Positions 44,639 through 55,300 of a stretch of 64,000 nt of DNA are shown here, in pieces. Source of the stretch: a virus; the IMG/VR virus record IMGVR_UViG_3300045988_087184; one strand, given 5' to 3'. The position numbers and the translations under genes were made by a program. Numbering within the stretch: position 1 is the stretch's first letter; every line of letters starts with the position of its first letter. The notes under the pieces are model-generated. The model searched no databases. It was given only the letters and a program-made list of their open reading frames with translations, and was not told the DNA's origin.

Positions 44639-44907
44639 CGGAGAAGTTCGGCTTCCTCTTTCAGCGCAAGTACTTCATCGCAGCATACGACTACTGGTGG
44701 GGCTATTCATCGGCGCAGATTGACCTCATGGTTGCAGACCAGCCTCTTGTCGTCTATCCAAAGACCAAGAAGGAAGGCGGTCCGAAGAAGCACACCAAGA
44801 AGGAGATGGATGACCTCTACGACAGGTGGATGGAGAAAAAGAAGAATGAGGGAAGCCTCATCGGCAAGAAGATTAGTCTTGCTGATTACTTAAACAATAA
44901 ACTCTAA
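44180..44907 (+). CDS. tail assembly chaperone, -1 frameshift product (gpGT analogue)
   Basis: The -1 frame is open from the A10 run to TAA at 44905-44907, 18 nt before the tape-measure ATG. Confidence 0.55.
44501..44510 (+). promoter_or_regulatory. slippery A10 run (programmed -1 frameshift site)
   Basis: AAA AAA AAA A in the zero frame. Confidence 0.55.
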
Positions 44908-44925
44908 TTTTAAAATATTCAGGAT

Positions 44926-47900
44926 ATGGCAGGTGGAAATTTAGGTGACTTGTGGTTTGACTTAAACATTAAAGACAGCAATGTGAGGTCAAAACTGAAA
45001 GAAATTTCAGAAGGACTTTCGGAGTTGGATCTAAAAACTGAGTCTGGAAGAAAGTCTGCTGAGAAGTTATTTAAGAACTTTAACAGAGAGAATAGCAAAG
45101 AAATCGCTGAGGATTTTAAAAATATAGCGGCCCAAATGGGCATTCAGGCTCAGGAAACTGCAAATCTCAGCAAAAGACTGAAGGAGTTATCGGAACTAAA
45201 AACAGACATTCTTCGTAGAGACAAGGAACAATCCGAGCACGGTAACTTTGTTGCGATGAAAAATGAAGCGCAGGCTGCACTTGATTTAACAAATAGATAC
45301 AAAGAACTTGCCAAGTTAAAAGAAGATATCTTAAGACGCGACAAGGAAATGGATGCTCAAGGGGCTTTCGTGACGCTTGTTAACGAATCGAAACAGGCGC
45401 AGGAACTTAATGAGCGTTACAGGGAAATGCAGCAACTGAAATCCGCGATTTTGGAGCGAGACAGACAGTCAACCGAGCACGGCAACTTTGTTGCGATGAA
45501 AAATGAAGCGCAGGCTGCACAGGAGTTAGCTGTCAGGGAAAGAGAACTCGCTGAGTTGCGAAATGCTATCGTACGCCGTAATGAAGAAATGATTGCTGCC
45601 GAAAATAGGCTAAGAGAAGCGACGGAGCGAACTAACCAGGCTAGAAGAGAAGCAATTTCTGTATCTAGGAAACAGGCAGAATCCCTTGTACGTGATAGAG
45701 CTAAGGAACTTGAAGCACAAAGACAACAGATTCAAGGTTTATTTGGAAGTGGAAAGAATGTATTAAGTACGCAAGAGTTAATGCAACTTCAACAGGCATT
45801 CTCGCAAATTACGAAAGAGCTTAATACATCGCGCAGTGCGATGAATAATCTTGGTAGTTATTCTATCAAAGATTTATTCTCTATAGGCAGAGGAACAAGC
45901 GAATATACTCCACTGATAAACAGTATGCGAACTGTAATTGATCAAAAACAGGAAGCGATAAACCTTGAGCGAAAACATCAAGAAGAGATAACGAGAACGG
46001 CTGCAAAGGCACGAAACGACCTTGCAGCAGCATTCGCCGGAGCAAACGCTGAAGCGAAGAAGATGCAATCCATAGTCGGAGACATCAAGTCTCTCTTCTT
46101 ACAGGGAGGTATTGTCTTTGGCGCGCAGCAATTCTTTAATTCAATCGTACAGACCGGTGGTGAGATTGTTCAGCAGCATGTTGCGTTACGCTCCATCCTT
46201 GGTGATGTACAGAAGGCTGACGAGCTGTTCGCTCAGACTCAGCAGCTTGCGTTGCAGTCTCCATTCAAGTTTGGAGAGCTGAACCGAGATGTAAAGCAGC
46301 TGGCTGCATTCGGAGTTGAGGCGAATGACTTGTATGATACCACAAAGCGACTTGCTGATATCGCATCAGGTCTTGGCGTGTCTTTCGAACGACTTGGCTT
46401 GGCTTATGGTCAGGTTAAGGCCCGTTCTTGGCTTGACGGTAAGGAATTACGCCAGTTTGCTTACGCTGGACTTCCACTCTTACAGAGAATTACGGAGCTT
46501 TACAATTCAGAAGGAAAGAACGGAAGGAACAATTATACACAGGCAGATGTCAAGAAGATGATTACTGCTAGACAAGTAAGCTTTGAGGATGTCCAGAAAG
46601 TGCTTTGGAAGATGACGGATGAAGGCGGTCAGTTCTACAATATGCAGTTCGTCTTATCAGAGACATTACTTGGTCGCTGGAACAAGCTCATTGATGCCTG
46701 GGATATTATGCTAGGAAAGTTCGCAGAAGGCAAGAATATCGTCGGAGGTACTTTCTCGTTCATCATAAATAGAGTAACCGACCTTGTGTTAGCTTTGGAC
46801 AAGCTGTCTCCTGCCCTTCTTTCATTCGGAGCGGTGTTTGCTGCAAGGAAGCTCGGCGGTATGGCTTATTCTAAGATGGGTATTGGATCACTTGCTAAGA
46901 GTTATACTCAGCAGATGAATGCCCAGTTAAAGTCTTATGCTATCGAACAGCAGCAACTTGTTGTGGAAGGAGAGATTACGCAGAAGATTGCCCAGCAGAA
47001 TGTATTCAAGAAAGCTGCTATTCTGTCGGAAAAGCAATCGCTTGTCGCGAGTTACAATAGGGCTGCACTCGAAGGAAGAATGTCCGTATTGCAGATGCAA
47101 CGAGCAGTCAAGGAAGGCTTGGTTTCTAAGGAGATAATTAGTCAGCTCGCATTGATGGGACAAATAACCGCCAAACAAGAGCAAATCATCTTGAATGGAG
47201 GCAGAATGTCTGCCGTATGGAGCATGACAACTTCAAAGATTGGAGGATTTGTCAACGCCATCGGTGGCTGGTGGGGAATCGGCATTACGACTATCACTTC
47301 ATTGTTGATGGGGTACAATCAATGGTCAAGTCGAGTAAAGGAAGAAGAAAAGACGTTGATTGATGGAGCTAAGCAGAAATCCAAAAGTTACGGAGATTTT
47401 CTGTCTGGATTAGGTCCAAAAGATGCGTCCAACCTTTCTTCGCAAGTTGACTCGATGAAGGAGATTCTGAAAAGTTCAGATGACTACACGGATTCTATCA
47501 AGCAGCAGGTTGAAAGCGCAGGAAGCCTGTCAAAACAATACGACATACTCAAAGAAAAAATTGAGGATGCGAAAAAAGCGAATGATGGCTTAGCTGATAA
47601 ATATGGAGTTATAACGAATAACGCAACTTCAGCAACAGGTCTTGTTAGCGACAACCTATTCGATATGATCGGAGCTGATACTCCACAATGGTTACAGTGG
47701 TTGAATGGACTCACGAACGATGATATTGCAAAGAATGTGGAGCAAGCACAAGAATCTCTATCTAAGTTCCAGGTGATGTTCGACGAGCTCGACTCTAGTA
47801 CAAAGGCCAAAATGGAGGATTTTATCCGGTCTTTGATGGAAAGCAACGAAGAGCTAGCAAACCAAATCAAGGGTCTGCCCCTTACTGAGCAGATTAGAAT

Positions 47901-50900
47901 GCTTGCGGCTATTGGCGGAGATGATTGGGAAAAATTTGTCGACAAGTTTGCAAATGGAAGCAAGGAGACAGAAAACTGGTTAAAGGAACTTGCGGAAAGA
48001 GCGAAGGATTCTAGCGATGATGTGTCCGAAATAATGTATGACGACGTGCCGAGAGGACTTGAGTCCGTCAGAAAACAGCTCGGATTGTCTCAAGATCAAT
48101 TCCGAACGTGGGCAAAACGAAACCCTGAGATTTTCGCCAGTATGATGGATAAGATGGCACAGAAGGCAAATATTACAAGTAAAACCATCTTGTATTATTT
48201 TCATTCGGCTATCAGTAAGCTCATGGATATGAACTTTTGGCCAGGCGACAGTGGTAACGGAAAGAAAGGAAAGCCTTCTTACAACTCTGGCGTGAACACT
48301 CCTTTCTCTGAGATTATAAGGCAAAGACTTCATAAGAACGGAACTTTCACTGGAAACAAAAAGAAAGGTAAGTTTTGGACGAGAGAGGTTGATAATGCGT
48401 TAAGACAAGTGCAAGACCAGTCTTTCGAGACCACAGGTGAGAATATTCGTAAGGAGCTCAAGGCTGCGAGAAACGAACTTGACACGATAGTCAATGGAAA
48501 AGTAAGCAAGAATTCTTCTGAGTACAAGAATGCTAAACACAAGTACGATTTGTGGAAAGCTATCGCTGACGCAGGTTACATATCTGACGATCTTGGAAAG
48601 AACAAGGTTACGGGTAACTTTGGGAAAGGCAAAAACAAGAATGGTCGCGAAGAAGACGCTGAGCTCAAGCGTTTACAGGAGCGTCTAAGCAGTCTTAAGT
48701 CTGCAAGACAGATGTACCAGAAGTACAAGAGCATCATGCCGAACGAAGAGGCAAAGAAGAAGACTTACAATCTCTTCCCAGAGGTTACCGGTCTTAATCT
48801 TGACGACTATCAGAAGGCTGTTCATTCTCTCCTTGAAGGATTCAGCATAAATACCACAGAGAGAAAGAAGTTCCAGACATCCATCTATCGCGAGGTCGCA
48901 GAGTGGCTCTTCGATGAGAAGGATAAAAAGGAGTATGAAAAGAAGGCGGCTGATTTCAGCGAGTCTATGAACAAACTGTCTGAGCGATGGGATTTGTATA
49001 AGAGTCTTCTTGAAAAAACTGGTAGCAAATTCTTTGCTGAGTCGGCATGGGTTGACGCATTCCAGATGGATGACAAGGTACAATCTCTTATGGACGAGTA
49101 TTACGCTCACTACCATGAGATATTCAATCTTCAGGATTCTCTAAGCATGACTGACGGAGAAGCTAAGGAAAAGCTTAAGCTACCAAATCAGTACGAAGAG
49201 TGGAAAAAGATTACACAACTCCTCCGTGGTAATTATGTTAAGTCTTTGCAAGATGCCGCCGATATCATCGAGAAGACAGAAGATTACGAGGACAAGATTC
49301 TTAAGATTCGACAGGATTACGATAAACTTATCAAGAAGACGAATGATCCTGGTATCAAGGCGAGATATGAGATTCAGAGAGACAAGGAGATTGGTCAGGT
49401 TAAACTCGACAAGTTCAAGAACTCTTCTGATTATCTCAATTTCTACGGAGCCATCGTCTCTCTCGGCATGGATAAGGCTCAGACTATCGGGGCTAGAATC
49501 AGGCAGAATATCAACGAGGCTCTGCAAAACGGAGCTATCGATGCGAGAGAGTACGCCAAGGAAATCAAGCAGCTTGATGAGCAGTTATCGAAGCTGACGA
49601 GTCCAAAGAAGACTTTCCTCAATGGAGGTCTGAAGGGAATGGCTGAGCAGAAGATTTCTGATGCCAGCGAGCAGATGACCATCGCAGCAAGTAAAATTGC
49701 TGAAGGCAAGAAGGTTCGCGAACTTGGCCTCAAAATGGGAGACGAAAACTTCATCAAGCGTGGGGGCAGCATGATTGCCAGCGGAAAGGCTATGATGAAG
49801 GCTGCTGAGATTCTGTTTAAGGACGGAACAAAAGCAAAAGAGTCTCTTGATAAGTTTGCTAACGTAGTAAGCATTATCGACCAGAATGTCCAGGGAATGA
49901 GTGAAGCATTCAATGACATCAAAGAGACTGCTTCCCTTCTCGGAGCTGACACTGAGTCTGATGGATGGCAGGACGCTTCTGCGTTCTTCGAGACATTCTC
50001 CGGCATGTCAAGTTCACTGTCAAAGGTGGTAACAAGCGCGGAGTCCGGCAACGTTGGTGGAATCCTTGCCGGTGTAACTGGTATATTTACCTCACCTATA
50101 AAGGCGTTTGCAAAGGCTCATGATGCCAAGCTCGACCGACAGATAAAGCTTGCAGAGAGACAGCTGAATGAGTTAAAGAACTTATCTAGTAATATTAGTT
50201 CTGTCATCGAGAAGACCCTTGGAGGAATCTATTCTTACGAAAGGTCTTCTGATACAACTAAAAAGCTCAACGATGTAAAGAATGACTATAAGGCTTGGGA
50301 GGCTTATTCCAAGACCGATACGGGCAAGGCTTTCTTCGGTGGCAAGAACTTAAGCCGCTACAGCAAGGAGACCTATGATACTGTGATGAAGACAGAGACG
50401 AATCCTTCCGCATACGCAGACCAGCTCGCCCTACTCCACGCTCAGGAAGACGAGTTGAGAAAGCAGAGGCAAGCCGAGGAGGACAAGAAAAAGACGGATA
50501 AGGATAAACTCGCCGACTACGACCAGCAATTCAAGGAGATGCAGTTGCAGATTAAGACGTTCGCACAGGACTTTCTGAAAGACGTTTACTCCATCGATAT
50601 GAAGAGCTGGGCAAGTACTCTTACAGATACTATCGTAAGCGCATGGGCTAAAGGCGAGGATGCGGTAGATGCCTACAGGGAGAAGGTGAAGGATATGGTT
50701 CGCGATGTTACGAAGAATATCGTAACTCAGAAAATCATGGAAAAGGCGCTCGAAAAACCTCTAGAATGGCTTACGTCCGTTCTTGACAAGAAGGGTCAGC
50801 TCGATGAGACCGACATGGATAAGTTTGCAAAGCTCCTTAATGAAGTTGGAGAAAAGGTAGCTCCTCAAATAACCGGACTCTTTGATGCAATGAAGAATAA

Positions 50901-51216
50901 TGGATTTGATATGAGAGAGGACGGAAGTTCATCTGCTACCAACTCTGTTAAGAGTATCACAGAGGAAACTGCTGATCTCCTAGTCAGTTATGTAAACAGC
51001 ATACGTCTTGATTTGTCTGTTGTTCGTGAGATTCAAGGGAAATTCTTACCTGAGATGAGTGAGATTGCAAAGTCCCAGTTGACTCAGCTTAACCTGATTG
51101 CTCAAAACACCTTGCGCAATGCTGATGCAGCAGAGAGAATCGACAAGACTGTATCGGAGTTGAACGATAACTTCAACAGAGTTATCAATGGTACGAAATC
51201 TTTAAAAATGAAATAA
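44926..51216 (+). CDS. tape measure protein
   Basis: 2096 aa, largely helical/coiled-coil, following the frameshifted chaperone. Confidence 0.85.
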   Translation: MAGGNLGDLWFDLNIKDSNVRSKLKEISEGLSELDLKTESGRKSAEKLFKNFNRENSKEIAEDFKNIAAQMGIQAQETANLSKRLKELSELKTDILRRDKEQSEHGNFVAMKNEAQAALDLTNRYKELAKLKEDILRRDKEMDAQGAFVTLVNESKQAQELNERYREMQQLKSAILERDRQSTEHGNFVAMKNEAQAAQELAVRERELAELRNAIVRRNEEMIAAENRLREATERTNQARREAISVSRKQAESLVRDRAKELEAQRQQIQGLFGSGKNVLSTQELMQLQQAFSQITKELNTSRSAMNNLGSYSIKDLFSIGRGTSEYTPLINSMRTVIDQKQEAINLERKHQEEITRTAAKARNDLAAAFAGANAEAKKMQSIVGDIKSLFLQGGIVFGAQQFFNSIVQTGGEIVQQHVALRSILGDVQKADELFAQTQQLALQSPFKFGELNRDVKQLAAFGVEANDLYDTTKRLADIASGLGVSFERLGLAYGQVKARSWLDGKELRQFAYAGLPLLQRITELYNSEGKNGRNNYTQADVKKMITARQVSFEDVQKVLWKMTDEGGQFYNMQFVLSETLLGRWNKLIDAWDIMLGKFAEGKNIVGGTFSFIINRVTDLVLALDKLSPALLSFGAVFAARKLGGMAYSKMGIGSLAKSYTQQMNAQLKSYAIEQQQLVVEGEITQKIAQQNVFKKAAILSEKQSLVASYNRAALEGRMSVLQMQRAVKEGLVSKEIISQLALMGQITAKQEQIILNGGRMSAVWSMTTSKIGGFVNAIGGWWGIGITTITSLLMGYNQWSSRVKEEEKTLIDGAKQKSKSYGDFLSGLGPKDASNLSSQVDSMKEILKSSDDYTDSIKQQVESAGSLSKQYDILKEKIEDAKKANDGLADKYGVITNNATSATGLVSDNLFDMIGADTPQWLQWLNGLTNDDIAKNVEQAQESLSKFQVMFDELDSSTKAKMEDFIRSLMESNEELANQIKGLPLTEQIRMLAAIGGDDWEKFVDKFANGSKETENWLKELAERAKDSSDDVSEIMYDDVPRGLESVRKQLGLSQDQFRTWAKRNPEIFASMMDKMAQKANITSKTILYYFHSAISKLMDMNFWPGDSGNGKKGKPSYNSGVNTPFSEIIRQRLHKNGTFTGNKKKGKFWTREVDNALRQVQDQSFETTGENIRKELKAARNELDTIVNGKVSKNSSEYKNAKHKYDLWKAIADAGYISDDLGKNKVTGNFGKGKNKNGREEDAELKRLQERLSSLKSARQMYQKYKSIMPNEEAKKKTYNLFPEVTGLNLDDYQKAVHSLLEGFSINTTERKKFQTSIYREVAEWLFDEKDKKEYEKKAADFSESMNKLSERWDLYKSLLEKTGSKFFAESAWVDAFQMDDKVQSLMDEYYAHYHEIFNLQDSLSMTDGEAKEKLKLPNQYEEWKKITQLLRGNYVKSLQDAADIIEKTEDYEDKILKIRQDYDKLIKKTNDPGIKARYEIQRDKEIGQVKLDKFKNSSDYLNFYGAIVSLGMDKAQTIGARIRQNINEALQNGAIDAREYAKEIKQLDEQLSKLTSPKKTFLNGGLKGMAEQKISDASEQMTIAASKIAEGKKVRELGLKMGDENFIKRGGSMIASGKAMMKAAEILFKDGTKAKESLDKFANVVSIIDQNVQGMSEAFNDIKETASLLGADTESDGWQDASAFFETFSGMSSSLSKVVTSAESGNVGGILAGVTGIFTSPIKAFAKAHDAKLDRQIKLAERQLNELKNLSSNISSVIEKTLGGIYSYERSSDTTKKLNDVKNDYKAWEAYSKTDTGKAFFGGKNLSRYSKETYDTVMKTETNPSAYADQLALLHAQEDELRKQRQAEEDKKKTDKDKLADYDQQFKEMQLQIKTFAQDFLKDVYSIDMKSWASTLTDTIVSAWAKGEDAVDAYREKVKDMVRDVTKNIVTQKIMEKALEKPLEWLTSVLDKKGQLDETDMDKFAKLLNEVGEKVAPQITGLFDAMKNNGFDMREDGSSSATNSVKSITEETADLLVSYVNSIRLDLSVVREIQGKFLPEMSEIAKSQLTQLNLIAQNTLRNADAAERIDKTVSELNDNFNRVINGTKSLKMK
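45184..45560 (+). repeat. in-frame ~120-nt (40-aa) tandem repeats in the tape measure N-terminus
   Basis: 3.5 copies. 45233-45280 and 45473-45520 are identical except for 1 nt. Confidence 0.8.
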
Positions 51217-51218
51217 TT

Positions 51219-51734
51219 ATGTTTGAAAAAAGAACTTTATCAGACAGAATGAAGAACGAGGCGGTTTCACTGGGTCTTTGCGCTCAGTGGACCGCCGAGT
51301 GGCACGACAACTCATCCAAGCATGAGATGGTCGAGAAGTTTGTTAAGGGTATTGACTTCTGTATCGGAAAGAACTGGCCTTCGACCAAGGATATGAAGAA
51401 GTACTTTGGTGATGTCATTCACGATCATGGTGTGTATGTTGACGAGAACGTTGACCTGCAAAACCCAAAGATTGTCATCCTCAATGGAGAGTGTGTAGCA
51501 AATATCAGCTATGACTGGATGGACAGTGGAGAGATATACGTAAGGCACAACTCTTCACTTTACCTGAAGGTTAAGGGATTCTCCAGGGTGTTTGTTAATC
51601 TGTTAGATGGTGCAGAGCTTCATGTTGAATGTGAAGATACCGCAAAATGCTTCGTCTACCAATATGGAGGAACTGTCGTGAAAACTACCGGATCAGTTAA
51701 TATCAGGGATAGACACGACTTTAAATTCAATTAA
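51219..51734 (+). CDS. hypothetical tail-module protein
   Basis: 171-aa ORF after the tape-measure gene. Confidence 0.6.
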   Translation: MFEKRTLSDRMKNEAVSLGLCAQWTAEWHDNSSKHEMVEKFVKGIDFCIGKNWPSTKDMKKYFGDVIHDHGVYVDENVDLQNPKIVILNGECVANISYDWMDSGEIYVRHNSSLYLKVKGFSRVFVNLLDGAELHVECEDTAKCFVYQYGGTVVKTTGSVNIRDRHDFKFN

Positions 51735-51749
51735 CGCATATTTATGCGT
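51734..51749 (+). terminator. short hairpin after the 51219 gene
   Basis: ACGCATA pairs with TATGCGT, followed by T-rich sequence. Confidence 0.35.
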
Positions 51750-51779
51750 ATATTTCTTGCATAATTATGTATTATTTTG

Positions 51780-51787
51780 TATATTTG
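51780..51787 (+). promoter_or_regulatory. internal -7 box TATATTTG
   Basis: Shares two 12-mers with the 38.8-kb promoter. Confidence 0.45.
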
Positions 51788-51812
51788 CAGATATAAAAAG
51801 TTGAATTAAGGT

Positions 51813-52301
51813 ATGAAAGATTATTTCAGGATATACATGCAGAAGGAAGGCGATGGGAACGAGGTGAAGGACTCCATCGCCGACTTCGGCATGTATGTTT
51901 CCGAGAACCCGTTCAAGCCTTGCGATGCCGTCAAGGAGCCTGCGAAAAGGGAATGGCACGACGAGCATGGTGACGACGAGTATATCGGAAAGGATGGTCT
52001 CTATATGGCGGCCTACGAGAATAAGGTTAAGTTTATGTTCCACGGCGAGGCTTTCGGCGCTAACGAGAAATGTAAGGCTTTTATTGATTACATCCGCAAG
52101 TCAGGCATGATGAAGATGTATTGCGGCTTCAATAGAATCGGAAGACAGCATGTAAGACTTAAGGATATTGATCCAAACCTATATAGAGATCCAGATAACG
52201 AGGACTTGCTAGTTCTCTCTATCACTTTCAAGTTTAACGACCCTGTTACTGATATAAAGCCAATCATGGACGCACAGGGCAGTATTTCAAATTTAGGATA
52301 A
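51813..52301 (+). CDS. distal tail / baseplate protein (putative)
   Basis: 162-aa ORF. Assigned by position. Confidence 0.5.
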   Translation: MKDYFRIYMQKEGDGNEVKDSIADFGMYVSENPFKPCDAVKEPAKREWHDEHGDDEYIGKDGLYMAAYENKVKFMFHGEAFGANEKCKAFIDYIRKSGMMKMYCGFNRIGRQHVRLKDIDPNLYRDPDNEDLLVLSITFKFNDPVTDIKPIMDAQGSISNLG

Positions 52302-52307
52302 AGACAC

Positions 52308-55300
52308 ATGAGTACTTGGAATATTTGTCATAAGGATGGCTCGAAGCTGACAGGCGTTAACGGAGAGCAAATAACCGTTCATGGATTGGAATACTCCGAT
52401 TCTTGGATGGGCGAGTGCTTCGTGACTATCAATTTCAAGCATGAAGTGCCTATCAACTTTCAGATAGGCGACTATATTGTCTATCGTGGCGAGCGATTCG
52501 AGCTCAACTACGAGCCGGGTAAGGATAAGCAGGCCAGGCCCGACACATACGGAGAGGGCTTCGTGTATGACAGCGTAAAGTTCAATGCATTGCAGGATGA
52601 GCTAGCTAGGGCTGAGTTCCTTGATGTGGTTTTGAACGACAACGAACTCCACTACACTGCCCTGCCGAAATTTCCGTTCTACGTACAGACCTTGGATGAT
52701 TTACTCGACAGAATTCAGGCGAACCTCGACGAGCAGATTGGTGCAGGTCTCTGGAAGATTTACTCACGAAACAAGGAGCGTTCCGTGCAGCGTGGATGCC
52801 TTGTGAGCGAATGGTTGTCAATGTACGGCGAAGGGACAAGCGATAACGTCATCGAATCAATGTCCATCACTATTGACTCGAAGACATGCTGGGAGGCTCT
52901 TGCGCTCGTGAATGAGAAGTGGAACGTAAACTTCATAGTCAGAGGAAGAAACATCTATGTCGGTACTACCGGAATAGAAGCCGGACACATCTTCTCCTAT
53001 GGTCTCGGCAAGGGGCTCTACGAGATTGTGCAGAACGCAGATTCTGATCAGAGTGTCATTACGAGACTGAGAGCTTATGGTTCGGAGAAGAATCTTCCTT
53101 CTCATTACTATGCGGACCTCGGTGTCAAGTACGTGGCGAATATCACGAAAGTGGTTACAGCTAGCACAAATGTCGAGCTTGAACTGGATGTCGACTATAT
53201 CGAGACATATTTCAAGAATAAGAGAAAGTACGTCGTTTCCGGAGAGTCTCAGGAACAGTCTTTCGGATGGGTCCTTCAGGTAACGTTCGATTTTCAGACT
53301 ACAATTACCGGTTATGTAACACAGTCTGGCAGCTCTGGCAAATGCAGGTTCTACTCCGAGTTAAAGGGAACACAGACTGACACCGGAGATGAGGAATCAA
53401 AGGAGAAGCTTGATACATTCATTTCGCAGGTTAAGGCAGGGAACACCAAGATGTACATTATGTCCGGTCTCAATAAGAAGGTCGTTCCTTCGTCCATGAA
53501 GGAGTACGCAAAGAATCTTCCGAATAATATGTCCATCAACAGGCTTATGCTGCCAGGATTTCCTCACGTATCTCTGAGTGATTTCTACGACTCGCTTACT
53601 GAACAGGAAAAGAAGTATGTGAATCCAACCGGGAAACTGCATAAATTCTCTACTGATCCATATAGACCATACATCGATTCTCTCAATATAGAGGAGATTG
53701 GACTCCGTTCGGCATCGCAGTTCTTTGATACTGATGATAAGACGAATGGAGTTATTGAAATCTACCCTACTATCGAGGAAATGGAAATCGGTGGCGTGCG
53801 TGTGGATGAGATTGATGAGGGTGTTGCTCCTGATGACGACGGAAGGTTTGGCGACAACGAAACAGTAAAGAATGTTGATATATACCTCAATAAGGCTATC
53901 GACTTCGATATCAACGACCTTAAGGATGATGACTTCTCTATCTCTATGAAGGATGGTATGTGCGGCGGACGAACATTCAAAGTGGCATCCTCAACCAAGG
54001 TTGATGGTAGATGGAGACTTACTATTGAGAGGAGCAAGGATGATGCTCTTGAGCTGTGGTTCCCATACAAAGACTACCCTATCAAGAATGGCGACCATTT
54101 CGTTCTTTCCGGAATCACTCTTCCTGATTCGTATGTGAAAGCCGCATCATTGAAGCTCCTTAAGTATGCTATTGCGCTCCTTGACAAGAATGACTACACA
54201 AGGTATGTCTATCAGCCTAAGGTTGACGAGCTTTTTATGGCGAGACAGCACGATAAAGCGCAGGCAGACGAAACCGGAACTATCAAGAGTCTGCACGATA
54301 CACTGAAGGCCGGCGACCTGATGAACTTCAATGATACAGACCTCAATATCGAAGGAATCATCTCTATCGACCAGCTCACGATCAAGGAAGAAGATGGCAA
54401 GATTCCGACATACGACATAACACTTCGCGAGGACAAGGAGGTTGGAACCATTCAGAAGATTCAGCAGCAGATCTCGTCTCTTCAAAACGGAAATGGTGGA
54501 ACAGGTGCAGGATTAACAACTACACAGGTTAAGAATCAGGTCGCAACAGAGGGAAGCAAGCACTTCATCTCAAAGATAAACGATAACACCGCCAAGGGCA
54601 CCATCACTTTTGAGAAGGTACAGAAGTTCATCAAAGGATTGTTCCTTGGCAACGGAAACAACTATAGCATAGACGGCAACGGCAACGCTATCCTCTCTAG
54701 TGTGTTGGTGAATCTCTTGAAGTCTCTCGATTTCAATGAATCTGAGCAGAGTGGATTTGCAATCAAGCAGAGAAGCGATGGAAAGTATCAGATGTTGCTC
54801 ACGGATTTAATCGTGTGGGGTAAGGCAGTATTCAACACGCTATCCATTCGGGAACTCAGCTACGTTGGAGGTAACATCGTCCTCTCCCCTGCTGCTGGCA
54901 AGATAAGCTACATCAAGGATGTATATAGCGAGACAACGAATGAGCTGATTGGTTGGAAATGCTATCTCTTAGCTGATGATGGAACAACCGCCACAATCAA
55001 TTCATTCAAGGTGGACGACCAAGTGCGCTGCAAGACGTTCAACATCAAGGCTGGTGTCTATGAGAACGTTTCCAATAAAGACTACTGGAGACTTGTCACA
55101 AAGGTATCAACTGAGAATGAGGTAATCACAGATGCCGAAGGTCACGAACTCTATGACGGCAAGAAATTCGCTTGGATTCAGATAGCAAAGGACAACTGCA
55201 TGGAAGGCTCGGACAACCCTGCCGCAGGTGATACCATCGTCCTCATGGGTAACAGAAGCGACAGAAGCCGACAGCACCTTCTGATGATGGAGACCGAAGG

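Noticed and set aside
45184-45560. CRISPR-like or satellite repeat array
   Set aside because: The repeats are in frame within the tape-measure ORF, carry no unique spacers, and encode a coiled-coil unit.
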